A stretch of 64,000 nucleotides of DNA from a virus. The stretch is taken from IMG/VR virus record IMGVR_UViG_3300045988_080627; one strand, written 5' to 3'. Below, piece after piece: positions 10,787 through 22,432 of this stretch. Made by a program: the position numbers and the translations under genes. Below the pieces are notes generated by a model. That model was not told the DNA's origin. It saw nothing but the letters and a program-made list of their open reading frames with translations, and made no database searches. The first letter of the stretch is position 1; each line of letters starts with the position of its first letter.

Positions 10787-11851
10787 CCTTTTATACCCTC
10801 TCTTTCGAGATATTTAATTTATTAATAACATATTCTTTTATTTCAGCTTTACGTTTCTCTGAAATTTTATCAATATAAGAATTATACAGAGCATCATTAG
10901 CTTCATTCCGAAAATTTTTTAATACTAATTTTTCACAAAGATACCTTTGATAAACGGCTTCTTCTTTTAAGTCTCTATTCATTAAATAATAACGTTGTTT
11001 TTGAAAAGTAAAATCAGTTTTCCACCTATTTCGTTTTTTATCAAAAGATACACCTCGAATACCCGAAGTATTATTAGATTTCTTTTGTAGGTTTAACATA
11101 TTTTCTTGGATAGTTACTTCTCTAAGATTACATTTTCTATTATCATGAGTATCTCCACTAATATGATCAACTTGTTTATCAGTAGGAAGTACCAACCTAT
11201 GAAAATAGATACGTTCTTTTTTCTGGTTTCCTGTAAATAAATAAGGTTTATTATTTTTATAAACAGTTCTCCATTTATGACCCTTTAACTTTGGAACATC
11301 ATCTATATCTAGAATAAATGTTTCCATAATATTTCCATGAGAATCGTAAGTATCTATTTCCGCAAAATTATCTTTTAATCTAATTTCATTATCATCAAAT
11401 ACTCCTCTTGAATTAGTATCTTTAAATTCCCCCAAATCTTCTAAATTGTTCTCTATGTTTTTCACATAGTATTTTTCCAGAAAGTTTATTAAAACTAACT
11501 TTTTTAAATTTTGATGATACTCCACATACTTCACAAAAGCGTTCTTCTGTTATTTTTCTCATATTGTTAAATAATTATGTTAATAATAAGGGAGTGGACT
11601 ATACCATCAACCCATAGGTTGCGCATTGGTAGTCTCTGAGACCCATAAATTTTATATATGTTAAGTATATACAAGACTTGTATAAATTCTAACACTTTAA
11701 CATAAATTAACAATTTATATGTCTGCTGATTGCCCAATCCTAAGACTTATTCATCCTTGAAAATATTTCAAGTATACTTAGGCTCTAAGGGGTTTCCAGC
11801 ATATTCTGCGTTTACTACATAATATTACTATTATGTGGGGCGTTTACGTTC
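10787..11851 (-). mobile_element. group I intron in nrdD (phage T4 nrdD/sunY-like architecture; ORF 3' of core)
   Basis: Minus-strand core elements are present: R-like ggtCTCAGAGACTAccaatgcg (about 11626-11640), S-like ggTATAGTCCactcc (about 11596-11603), and P/Q-like gctggaaacc / caatcagcagac. The terminal G at 10787 abuts exon 2. The HNH ORF occupies the 3' portion. Confidence 0.7.
10791..11534 (-). CDS. intron-encoded HNH homing endonuclease (frameshifted relative to N-terminal zinc-finger segment)
   Basis: Contains the HNH motif DHISGDTHDNRKCNLREVT. A 46-aa alternative-frame ORF (11422..11562) encodes CEVCG...GKILCEKHREQFRRFG, which is the N-terminal zinc-binding motif of this HNH family. 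A 1-nt length change in the C5 run at 11429-11433 (plus strand) would fuse the two frames. Confidence 0.6.
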   Translation of the reverse strand: MKYVEYHQNLKKLVLINFLEKYYVKNIENNLEDLGEFKDTNSRGVFDDNEIRLKDNFAEIDTYDSHGNIMETFILDIDDVPKLKGHKWRTVYKNNKPYLFTGNQKKERIYFHRLVLPTDKQVDHISGDTHDNRKCNLREVTIQENMLNLQKKSNNTSGIRGVSFDKKRNRWKTDFTFQKQRYYLMNRDLKEEAVYQRYLCEKLVLKNFRNEANDALYNSYIDKISEKRKAEIKEYVINKLNISKERV

Positions 11852-13970
11852 ACCCAATAATTCTATCCCATAGACTTACATGAGTACTACCACATTTAGG
11901 ACATTTACTAAATGGCTGTTTTGCTATAAAATGGCACTCTTCACATTCACAATTAGGAATATTAAAAGTAGCATATTTACAACCCACTTTAGCCATAAAT
12001 TTAAGTAAATACTCATATTGTTTCTGACTCAAATGTTCAGATAAATTAAGATGGCAAGCAGAACCTCCATCTAATTCATCAGCGGCGAACTCAGAACTAT
12101 GAAGTATAATTTTATCAAGTATACTTATATGTGTATCGTTAGGTTTAAATATATAACTGGCATATAGATTAGTATCTGTAGGAATCCAATAACCATCAGC
12201 TTTATCTCTATTGTAAAGTTTTACTGAAGCGCTTTCTGCAGGAACTTGCTCTGTATTAAATTGAGCTGTTTTAGTTTTATGTTTCTTATTCTGCTCTTTT
12301 ATAGTACTAAATATTAATCTACAAAATGTTTTATAATAAATATTATTATTACATTCCATTCCTAAGTATTCAGCAGCCTGATTTAAGCCATTAATTCCAA
12401 TAGTTAAATACTGCTTATCAAGATTAATAAAACCAGCATCATAAGCAGCATATAAATGATGGTCTTTGCACCAATGCATTAAGTCGTTATAAGCATATTG
12501 ATACAAATAAACTCTTTCAAGAATATTTTCTATATATTTCTTAATTCCTTCTTGGAAATCTTTATGTGTAATCCAATCTACTGGGAAACAACATTTATTT
12601 GTATTAACATCAATATGGTCTCTATAATCAGACCAAGTATGTTGCCAATCTTGAATAATTCTGTTTAAATTAAGAGTGATGACATTCTTACTACCAGTCA
12701 TTACACCTATTTGACCATTAGTAGTATTAAATGTATTTTCTTGTACTGCATTTTGTAAACGACAACATGAACTTAGACTATCTACACTACGAGACAGATA
12801 AGTAAAGAAAGAATTTCCTTGAGCATATTCATTGCATATAAAATGGAAAGTATCTAAATCTTTAAAATTATCTTCCTTATCTGTTAAACAAGCATAACTA
12901 CATACAGGAAATGTTAAAATACATTTTAATCTTTCTTGGTTTAACCAGTGTAAATAACGTCTTTGTAACCAATTAGTAGAATTCCATTCTGGCTTTGTTC
13001 CATCTGGAAATACAAATTCTCCAAACATACCTTCAAAGAAATATTTATCGAAGAATGAAAAATTTGTAAATGGAGACTGCATTCCTCTAGCTCCTGCTAT
13101 TTGATTAATGGAGTAAGTTACCTGTTGAAAATATTGATCAATTTGACTACCAATAGTCTTTTGTTTTATACAGTAATCTGTAGTTATCTTTGCACTTGGT
13201 TTAAGATAATAATTATTTCCCCATTCTTTTCTACAGAAATAATCCATATACATTAGAAACTCAGGAGTAGCTACTGCTCCTTTAATTTCAGAGGCTAATG
13301 CAAAGTTTAGATTTACATAAATACCACAAAATGAATCTAGATTCTTTGGAACGGCTGATTTACCTCCTAATTTTTCTAATCCAGACAACAAGAAAGGATA
13401 CATAGAAGCTGCCATACAATATGGTTCTCCTACTTGAGAAGATGAATCGTGAGGATACAAAATAGTTTTAAAATCATTCCTCATAACTTTTATATTAAAG
13501 TTAGGATCTCTCTTCTTTACAAAACTTTCCCACCATTCTGTATTAGTAAGTTTATTATCGACTTTATGTATTTCAGCATTTAATACTCCAATGCCTTTAG
13601 TTCCTACATTACTATTATCATCAATAGTAGCATTAGCAGTATTATCAGACTTTACAAAATTATGAATAAATTCAATATCCCTAGTAGCATGATTTCTAAT
13701 ATCTTCACGTTCTTTACGATATAGAATATATTTTTTAGCTACGTCGTAATATCCTAAATCCATTAAGAGTTCTTCAATTTGGTCTTGAATATTCTCAATA
13801 GATTGATCTTCAGTTTCTACTACAGAATTAGTTATCTCAGTAACTGCTCTGTAAATATCTTCGTCTATTGTTCTACTAGAATTTTGGGTAATTCCAAAAG
13901 CCTTTAATACAGCATCTCTAATTTTGTTTCTGTTAAACTCTTCTTTACTCCCGTCTCTTTTTATTACCAT
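11852..13970 (-). CDS. nrdD: anaerobic ribonucleoside-triphosphate reductase, exon 1
   Basis: N-terminal ATP-cone MVIKRDGSKEEFNRNKIRDAV and C-terminal zinc ribbon CECEECH...CPKCGS. The ORF stops right after ...WDRIIG, lacking the glycyl-radical Y. The inferred 5' splice site follows the U at 11852. Confidence 0.8.
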
Positions 13971-14070
13971 AAATAATATTTATAAATTAACATTTTAAAT
14001 CATCTACGAAATAAGCACTATAATACTAGTACTGAACTAATAATATAGTGCTTATATAGTTATTTCAAAA

Positions 14071-15402
14071 TTAAATTTTTGTTTCATCTAAAAAAGAGAG
14101 TGTATCTATTATTTTAGAATTAGAATAATTATAAGGAATTTCTATCAATTCTAATTTTCCCGGATGTTTACTACATATTTTTCTTAATAAATTATCTCTT
14201 CTAATTTGTTTTTGAAAATCTTCTTGGCTATTATGAAAAAATGGGATAAATTCATAATGTTGTTTTCCATTATATTCTATTATATAAATACAATCATTAT
14301 GTTTCACTATGAAATCTACTATAATTTTATTAGAATTGCGTGCTATTTCTTTAGTCTTTATCTCATATTGAAATTTATATTTACAATGATATTTATTTAA
14401 TAAATTTTTTATAAATAATTCTCCTTTACTAGGCTCTATTTGTTCTCTAGCACATTCAGGGCATTTACACCCCTTTAAATGATTGCCTGGGGATTGCTCA
14501 AATTTACCATGTTTTGGACAAATAATAGTAATTGGAGTTTTATAATTTATATAATTAACTTCGTTGTAATCATATTTCCAACCATGAACTTCTCTAGCTT
14601 TTCTTATAAAATCTTCTTTAGTTAAAGTATAAGATTCTATAGCACAATCTGGACAATATCCATGATGGTATATTAAAGTTGATGCTAGTATGCTAAAATC
14701 TCCATGTTTTGGACAAGTTAAAATTACTGAATTAGTTATTCCAGTATAAACAGTTTTATTTGTAGTATATTCGGGATGAATTTTTTCACATTCTTTAATA
14801 AATTCATCTTGCGTAAATCTGAAAGTATTAGTACATTTAGGACATCCATTTTTACAATTTAAATGCTGGTAAGGTAACTACCAAAATTCTCCATGTTCAG
14901 GGCATATAATACAAACTTTTTCCCTACTACCTTTAAAATCTACTTTTGAATAATCAAATTTATAATTATATTTTTCATTAGCAGCTTTTACAAAATCCTC
15001 TTTGGATCTAATTACTTTAAAATCTTTACTTTTTCCTCGACATTCCTTGCAAGCACATTGTCCTTTTAAATGATTACTAACTGTTTGCCAAAACTCGCCA
15101 TGTTCAGGACATATGATACACACTTTATTATTAGTACCCGTATAAACTACTTTGGAATAATCATATTTATTATTCCAAATTTTATTTGCTTTTCGTATAA
15201 AGGTATCTAAATCAAATTTTTTACCTGAACAAATAGCACAGCCTCGTCCCTATAAATGTGAATTTGCTTCTTGTACAAACACTCCATGAATAGGACATAT
15301 TATCTTAACTTTATCTTTTGATCTAGAAACTTCTACTAGGGAATAATCATACTTATTTCCATGAATTTCTTGAGCTTTTTTAATAAAATATTCTTTATTC
15401 AT
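14071..15402 (-). CDS. zinc-ribbon repeat protein with C-terminal DUF559/Vsr-like endonuclease domain; contains two in-frame TAG codons
   Basis: One 444-codon frame (ATG 15402 to TAA 14071) carries five tandem modules of about 63 aa (KYDYSKV...IICPxHGxFxQxxxxHLxGxxCxxC). The C-terminus VDFIVKHNDCIYIIEYNGKQHYEF...RRDNLLRKICSKHPGKLELIEIPY matches the DUF559/Vsr-like PD-(D/E)xK pattern. In-frame TAG codons at 15250..15252 and 14878..14880 split the ORF track into 14071..14307 and 14878..15123. Confidence 0.55.
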
Positions 15403-17145
15403 CTGTATTATGATTTAGTTAAGATAACTATATATAGATTTGTACAAGAAGCAAATAAATTTTTACAAGTTTAAAATCTTTTTAAGTAATACACATTTTT
15501 CAAATTTATTCATAATATCCTTATTATTATCATTTGAAATACCTTCTGTAAAACTGTTATAAACTTCAAACATTGAAGCTTCCCCATTAATTCCTATATA
15601 ATAATCAGATTTAGAATCTTCAAACATACGTTTATAAGAAGCTATAACTTCAGAAGTAGCTAACTTTATTTTACCAAAACCATTATCTTCAAATTCAGTT
15701 ATAGCTTGTCTTACCCAATATCCTAAACTGATATTTATATTAGATTCTGAAGTGTCAAATTCAGTATTTTTCAAAGTTTTAAGAAAAATTCCTAATGAAT
15801 CAGCAGCTTCTACTAAAGTTTTTACAGGAGAATAATCTACAGGTTTATCAGGAGATAATTCAGAAACCCTTATATAACTAGGATTAAATACACACATATT
15901 TAAACATGCCATATTTAATCCTGTTCTAAAAAACTTTATTATAGGTTTTCTAGTATCTAATCCATATAACATATTTATAGTTTCTTTATGATTATCTACT
16001 GAATACTCATTTGGTAATACTGCTTCTAACCATACTCTATTAAAAGTTAAATCAGCAGTATCTATATCACCATTTTTATTATAAGTGATTTGATCAGGTA
16101 ATTTTACATGTACTCTAATATCAGAAGTTAATTTTTGAACTCTCTCTAAGAAAGGTTCAATATATCCTCTAGTAGGAAGATAATCTTTACCTTTAATACT
16201 AGTAGCTTTTCCTTCTAATACTTCTTCTAAAGTAAATTCAGTTGGCATTCTCTCCATTGTATGTGAAAAACATTATGTTATCAATAATTTCTTTATCTAA
16301 TAATTTTTGTACTAAATTATGAGGAGTATCTTCCGCATAATTAATTTTATTTACATCTACACTAGTAATATATATCCACTTACTCCCGTTGTATAATATT
16401 TGTCCACAGGGATATGAATTTTTATAGCAGATAAGTAGTGTTTTGTTATCTTTAGTAATTTCATTAGTTACCATTTTAATGTAGCAATAAATTCTTCATC
16501 AGACATTTCTTCGAAATCTCCTTCTCCGTAAATAACATCAGAAATATTATATTCTACTATTTTAAATTCAGGTTTTCCATGTTCATGCCAATAGTCTTCT
16601 ACAACCTTAGCACAGGAATTAGGACTTCCAACACCTAAAGCTATAGTCACATCAAATTGATTAACTTCTAGACAATGACCTTTATAAAAGTCTCTACACT
16701 TTTTAATATGTGTAAGACATAAATCAGTTGCTTCTTTACCTATAATTGTTTCTAAAGATGGAACCTTTTTATAATCTCTATAACCTGGTTTATCTTTAGT
16801 CGATGGTTTGTAATCATCTTCTATTCCTCCTTCAACTAGGTAATTAATAAGAACATCAAAAGTATCATCCCAATCATCTACAATACCATAAGCAGTTTTA
16901 AAAGAATCTCTTATATAAATAAAATTATCTTGTGAAAGATAATGTCTTTTATAAAGAGGGTTTTCTTTAGAGTCTTTAAAACCACTTTCTATAAGTTCAT
17001 CTATATTTATTGATGGTTGTGCCCATCTATACATTTCCACTAAACATTTATGTATGGCTTCTTGTAAAATGTCTTGTCTACTAATCATTATTGTAAGTAT
17101 AAAATTCTAATAATCTAAAATTATCTGCTATATGTTTAGTATCTA

Positions 17146-18672
17146 TTAATTATTTCCTTTAATAGTTCCCATTAAAATATCTTTATCTTTTACAATAGTA
17201 TAATTAATACTCCATTTAGTATGTCCAAAATTAGCTGTAATATAATTACTACTACCATACATACTACCTACTGAAATATAATCAAACTGCTTACCAGTAG
17301 TATAAGCATAATTATGTAAATCACCTTTTACTACATAAATATGAGGACTACATATACCTTTTTCTGCTATATAATTAGCAAAGAATAATTCAGTCTGAGG
17401 ATTTAAAGTAAGAGGAAATTGTCTAGTCTGAGAATTATTATCTTTACCATGAGCATACAGGAATTGATGATCTCCAATGATAAAATTATCAATAGGATAG
17501 TTACTAATATAACTCTTAACATTATATTTAGTTAAATATGCAGCTAAAAGTTTTTGATTTAACCATTCAAAATCTCCACCATGATTAGATTCTCCTATAG
17601 AAAGATAATTAAAATCTTTACTTTTTACTTTCACTGTAAGAGTAGCAAAGAATTCCATCATACACTCTATAAATGCTTCACTAATTTCTTTATTGTCAAG
17701 AATCTCAGGAAGTTCATGCCCTCCTCTAGTAGTTTCTTTATTGAATCCATCAATAGAATCTCCAAGATTAACTACATATACAGAATGATATTCTTGTTCT
17801 ACAAAAGATTCTACAATTCTAGATAATCTAGATTTAATTTCTGTAACATCATAAGAAGGTAGCTGTACGAAACTACTATATTTAGCATTATAGGCTCCAA
17901 TATGTAAATCAGATAACCATATAATTAAATCAGGATATTTTGCTTCTTTATTATTAATATTTACTGGAAGTTCTTTATAATCCTTTACTGTATTTTTAAT
18001 AGTAGTTTCTATAAGTTCTTTATTTAAAGACTTAGAGTTTTCTTTAGTTAATTTAGTAACTAAAGCTCTTAAATCCTTTACTTCATCCTTCTCTATTCTT
18101 TTTAAGAAATCATTCTCTTTTTCTCTAAGATGCATTTCTTTTAATTCATCCTCAGTATATTCTTCATACATATGAGGAGCAAATGGAGAAGATGCTTTAG
18201 TAATATTAAAAGCTCGTAAAATTCTTTTAAAGTCTATAAGAGAGTAGTCTGGGAAATATCTGCTGACAATCTGCTGGGTTAAACCAGAACCATAATAGGT
18301 ATACATTCTATATACACTATTCATTTCGTTTCTAGTAAAGACTCCTATGATTGCGGGCTTATTTCTTCTAAAAATTTCAAACTTATATCCAGTAATTTTA
18401 CCAGTCTCTTTATCTCTTATTTCCCAAGTATTAGAAGCATCATCTGTATCTTTCTTCACTTCTTTTTTCTTAGTATTCTTTAGTCTATCATATAATTCCA
18501 ATATCTTTTTATCACCCTCATCTTTATGCTCCTTCTTTCTAAGATTTCTCATTACTATATATACAGTGTTTACAGATTTTCCTGCTATAGCACATTGGTC
18601 TTTTAAAGAACGATTATTATTAATTGCATCACTGAAGAGTTTAATATAAAAAGATTTTGTTGTTTGTTTCAT
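17146..18672 (-). CDS. metallophosphoesterase-domain protein with N-terminal HTH-like region
   Basis: WLSDLHIG...VVNLGDSIDG...GESNHGG are phosphoesterase-like motifs. Family assignment is uncertain. Confidence 0.35.
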   Translation of the reverse strand: MKQTTKSFYIKLFSDAINNNRSLKDQCAIAGKSVNTVYIVMRNLRKKEHKDEGDKKILELYDRLKNTKKKEVKKDTDDASNTWEIRDKETGKITGYKFEIFRRNKPAIIGVFTRNEMNSVYRMYTYYGSGLTQQIVSRYFPDYSLIDFKRILRAFNITKASSPFAPHMYEEYTEDELKEMHLREKENDFLKRIEKDEVKDLRALVTKLTKENSKSLNKELIETTIKNTVKDYKELPVNINNKEAKYPDLIIWLSDLHIGAYNAKYSSFVQLPSYDVTEIKSRLSRIVESFVEQEYHSVYVVNLGDSIDGFNKETTRGGHELPEILDNKEISEAFIECMMEFFATLTVKVKSKDFNYLSIGESNHGGDFEWLNQKLLAAYLTKYNVKSYISNYPIDNFIIGDHQFLYAHGKDNNSQTRQFPLTLNPQTELFFANYIAEKGICSPHIYVVKGDLHNYAYTTGKQFDYISVGSMYGSSNYITANFGHTKWSINYTIVKDKDILMGTIKGNN

Positions 18673-18801
18673 ACTTTTTTAAAAATTAGATAGCTGTTAC
18701 GCCTTTATAAATAAAAGTATCTATCAAAATAAAGGTATCTAAATTAAAAAAGGCAGATACTCTCACGAGCACCTGCCTTACTTACTAATTATATTGTTAA
18801 A

Positions 18802-19482
18802 TTAAAATTCCAGACCAAAGAACATATAGCGACCATTCTTAGTACTCTTAGATGGAGTATAAGTTACAGTAGCTACTACTGGGTCAGAACCAATAGACTC
18901 CTTACCCTGAACGATATCAATCTGACCCTTAAAGCCCTTCTTAAGAAGTTCCTTAGCCATTTCTTTAGCTGCGGTCTTAGTAGGACGAATAACCTTTGTA
19001 TCTGGTTCAACACGACCAGTATCGTTACCATCCTTATCAAGAATTGGCTCACCAGCCTTCTCATTCTTTACACGCTCAGACTTCAAAGTCTTCAGTACTT
19101 CCTTTGTATCATGGTCTACCAAATCAAACTTCTTCTGAGTATCACGCTTACCCTCAGTCTTAATATCAACAACCTTCCAAGGACGCTCACGTGTACTTAC
19201 AACAGCACTAGAAAGAGTTACAATGAAACCACTACCAGGAGCATTCTTAGTCTTTTTCTTCAAATACTCCAACTTAAATTCCTTCTCATCATTAGAAGTT
19301 ACTTTAGCATTTTTCTCATGGAACTTCTTCCATGCCTGTGTCGCATCACCATTAATATGGAAATTCTCTTTCTCTACCTGTGCTACTGCTGCTTCCTTTG
19401 TTTCTGCACTTACTTCAAAACTCTTAAAATTAAAAATTTCACTCATTTTCAAAAATATATTAACATTAATTCTTATTATCAA
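18802..19482 (-). CDS. hypothetical protein with C-ending codon bias (likely abundant)
   Basis: The gene is a locally GC3-rich island compared with its neighbours. The real start is probably MSEIFNFK (a later ATG than the track start). No recognisable domain. Confidence 0.3.
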   Translation of the reverse strand: MIIRINVNIFLKMSEIFNFKSFEVSAETKEAAVAQVEKENFHINGDATQAWKKFHEKNAKVTSNDEKEFKLEYLKKKTKNAPGSGFIVTLSSAVVSTRERPWKVVDIKTEGKRDTQKKFDLVDHDTKEVLKTLKSERVKNEKAGEPILDKDGNDTGRVEPDTKVIRPTKTAAKEMAKELLKKGFKGQIDIVQGKESIGSDPVVATVTYTPSKSTKNGRYMFFGLEF

Positions 19483-20916
19483 ATCATCTGCGATGTTTTT
19501 TCTTTATCTTTGTAATGCTAATATAATCTATATTTTTTGCCTCCAAAAAGAAAATTATAAAAAAATTAATTTTTTAAAATGGAAGAAATTTTCCCATTAA
19601 TTCTCTTATTTTTGCTGGCATATCTTTTGGTTGCACGCCAAATGTTGGAAAATCAGTACATCCGTATGAAAAATCCTCAGTGATGATAGCAATAGCTTGT
19701 ATTGTATCCTCATCAAGACCTGTTTTTTCTGCTAGTTTAGCAGTTACTTCATAATAAGTAACTCCAGGTTTTTTCTTTTTCATAGAATTTACCATATATC
19801 CAAGTAATGATATAAGTGCAAATTTTAAATTTATATTTTCCCCTAAAGACCCTAAACTAAAGTATTTACGATATAAATCGGAAAGTTTAGTATATTCAGG
19901 TCTCTTGAGTAATTCCGAATCCCTCATAGCCATGCATACAATAGAATGCTACTAATTTAAGAAGATAAGTAAACTCTTTAAATCCTTTATTAAAAAGTTC
20001 TCTAGTCATAGGAACTACTTTAGTACTAAAATTTGGAATAGTTTCTACTACTAAGAAATTACTTTTAATTTTAGGATTCTCAATGTTATAGTTCTTCTTA
20101 GCAGCCATAGTTAATAACCAACTATATAAAGCCATTTCTCTATAATAGTGATATTTAATAAGAGCCCCTTTAGCAAAGTTATTTATTAAATCTCCTGTAG
20201 TTTTTAAATCATTCACAGTGATTATATTTTCTTCTTTATTTATACTATAATTATCAAGTTTTGACTTAATTTTTAGTATAAAAGGTTTATGCTCTGGAGC
20301 TTCTACTAAAACATCTATAAGAAAAGCTATTTCATTACCAATAATTGGTTGTTCTAGCAATCCTTCAGGGTTTAGTAAAGATTGAATTTGTGTATCACTA
20401 TCTAGAGCCTCTAAGCATATTTTTAATTTAGCATGATTCTTTGGGTCTGTAAATATTGGTGTTCTAGTATCATTATTTTCTTTTTCAAAAGCTTTTCTAT
20501 CACACCAATACTGAGTACAGTCTGCTAACACTTTTTCTATCTTTTTATCTGACATTTTATCTTTATAATAATCACACTTATCAGATGCTTCTAATATAAT
20601 ATCGTTAGTAACATTGATACCTTGTGTTTTCTTATAAATATAATCTGCCATTAATCCCATTTTAGCAGTAGGTCTGCTAACGTCTGTTAGAAAGAAGTCA
20701 TTAGGTTGTAAAACTAGAGTATGTAACCAACTACCAAATTCCAAGCTAGTTGTATTTAACTTAGTCTTACCCCAATTATCAAAGAACTCTGTTGGAGAAC
20801 CGTCTTGATCTGGATTTATTTTAGATAATCTAGAGTTTGAGATATAATTATTATACTTTTCTGAAAAATAAGTATTATCATCAATATCTTCAACTCTCAA
20901 AGTCTCTATCAGAGGT

Positions 20917-21453
20917 TTAATAGAAATTTGACTTAATTTCACGTAAATAATTGTTAAAGTCTTTAGACTCTTTTATGCATCCATACCCATATTCTATCTC
21001 TTCTTTATCTAAACTATAAATCTTACCATAAGGACCCCATTTTTCATTAGATTCAGAAGCTATCAATAAGCAAGGTAATCCTGCCAGATTCATCTGAATA
21101 AAATTACTAACAGAATCATCAATAAAAATATCAACTCTACCCTTTATATAACGAGCTTTATTAGCACGCTGATATAAGACTTGATAAATAGGTTTATTAG
21201 GATACCCATTATTTCTTAACCATGTCTTACTATAATCTTTATTACATACTCTTTTAGTACAATATAATTCAGGTATAAAGTTTATTCTATTTTTTATTGG
21301 AAGATTTATCCACCACTCTCTATCTTTTATTAAGACTCGTTGTACATTTTTTGTTATTTCTCCATCTGATTTAGGATACCCAAATCTTTTTAAATATGGA
21401 TTCATAAACTCATTTAATGTATCATCTAAATCTAATCCAATTCTTAATTTCAT
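20917..21453 (-). CDS. HAD-family 5'(3')-deoxyribonucleotidase-like
   Basis: IGLDLDDTL is HAD motif I; FIDDS is also present. The size fits phage NT5C-like nucleotidases. Confidence 0.5.
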   Translation of the reverse strand: MKLRIGLDLDDTLNEFMNPYLKRFGYPKSDGEITKNVQRVLIKDREWWINLPIKNRINFIPELYCTKRVCNKDYSKTWLRNNGYPNKPIYQVLYQRANKARYIKGRVDIFIDDSVSNFIQMNLAGLPCLLIASESNEKWGPYGKIYSLDKEEIEYGYGCIKESKDFNNYLREIKSNFY

Positions 21454-22432
21454 AGATTAAATAATTCTTCAGTATCTCTTATATATGTTACTCCAATACC
21501 TTTTTTAGCCAATTCAGCTCTAATATTTATCCAGCTATCATTATTATCAAGAATAGCATATGTATCATCGTCTAAATTTAAGTACTTATCAATTTCTTCT
21601 TTAGCCTTTTCAACAGCTTCCTCATATGAAGATGCAGTCAACTTATGAAGTTTATTTTTATTACTCTGACAAATTGCAAAAATATAATTATTCATTTGGT
21701 ATTGTTATATATAATTATCATTATAATAATAAATAATATCATCGTGGTGAATGGGAGTGATAAAAATATTACCACTGCTAATGTTACCCAACTCCATAAC
21801 AATATTCCAAAAATCTTAAGTAAAATTAATATTATACTTATTATAAAATCTATTACTCCTAAGATTAGTAGTTCCCTCATATTAAATTATTACTTTTAGA
21901 ATAACATTCCAATAAAGTATAGAAAAAATCCATAGGAACCATTGCTATTGCTCCTGGACTAACACTGCCTTCTGTTGGAGCCTTCTTCCAGCATAGTACA
22001 AATGACTTATTCTTATATGGGCAAGAATTTTCTATCTTAAAATATGCTGGAGTATTAGCAGTATGTTTTGCTTGAATATTTATAGGTAATTTTCCAGACC
22101 TATCAATTATATCAACTTTATTATTATCTGTAAACTTACTTTCTCCTCTAGCACTTACGCACTCAGTATACCCCATATCTCTAAGATGATGAATTATATC
22201 TGCTTCCCATGCACTTCCTTTATTTCTAGATTTTTTAGCTTGATAACTCTTCTTAGTATGACTATCTATCCATTCATATAAAGTGCCATCAGCCATTTTC
22301 CCAGATTTATTACATCTAATTTTAAGAGCTGCTTGACTTATTTTAGTTTTTTCAGAGCATTCTTCTATAGATGTATAATCGTGTACATCACCATTTTTAT
22401 AGGTTATTCTAATAGCAGTGTTCAAATTCTAA

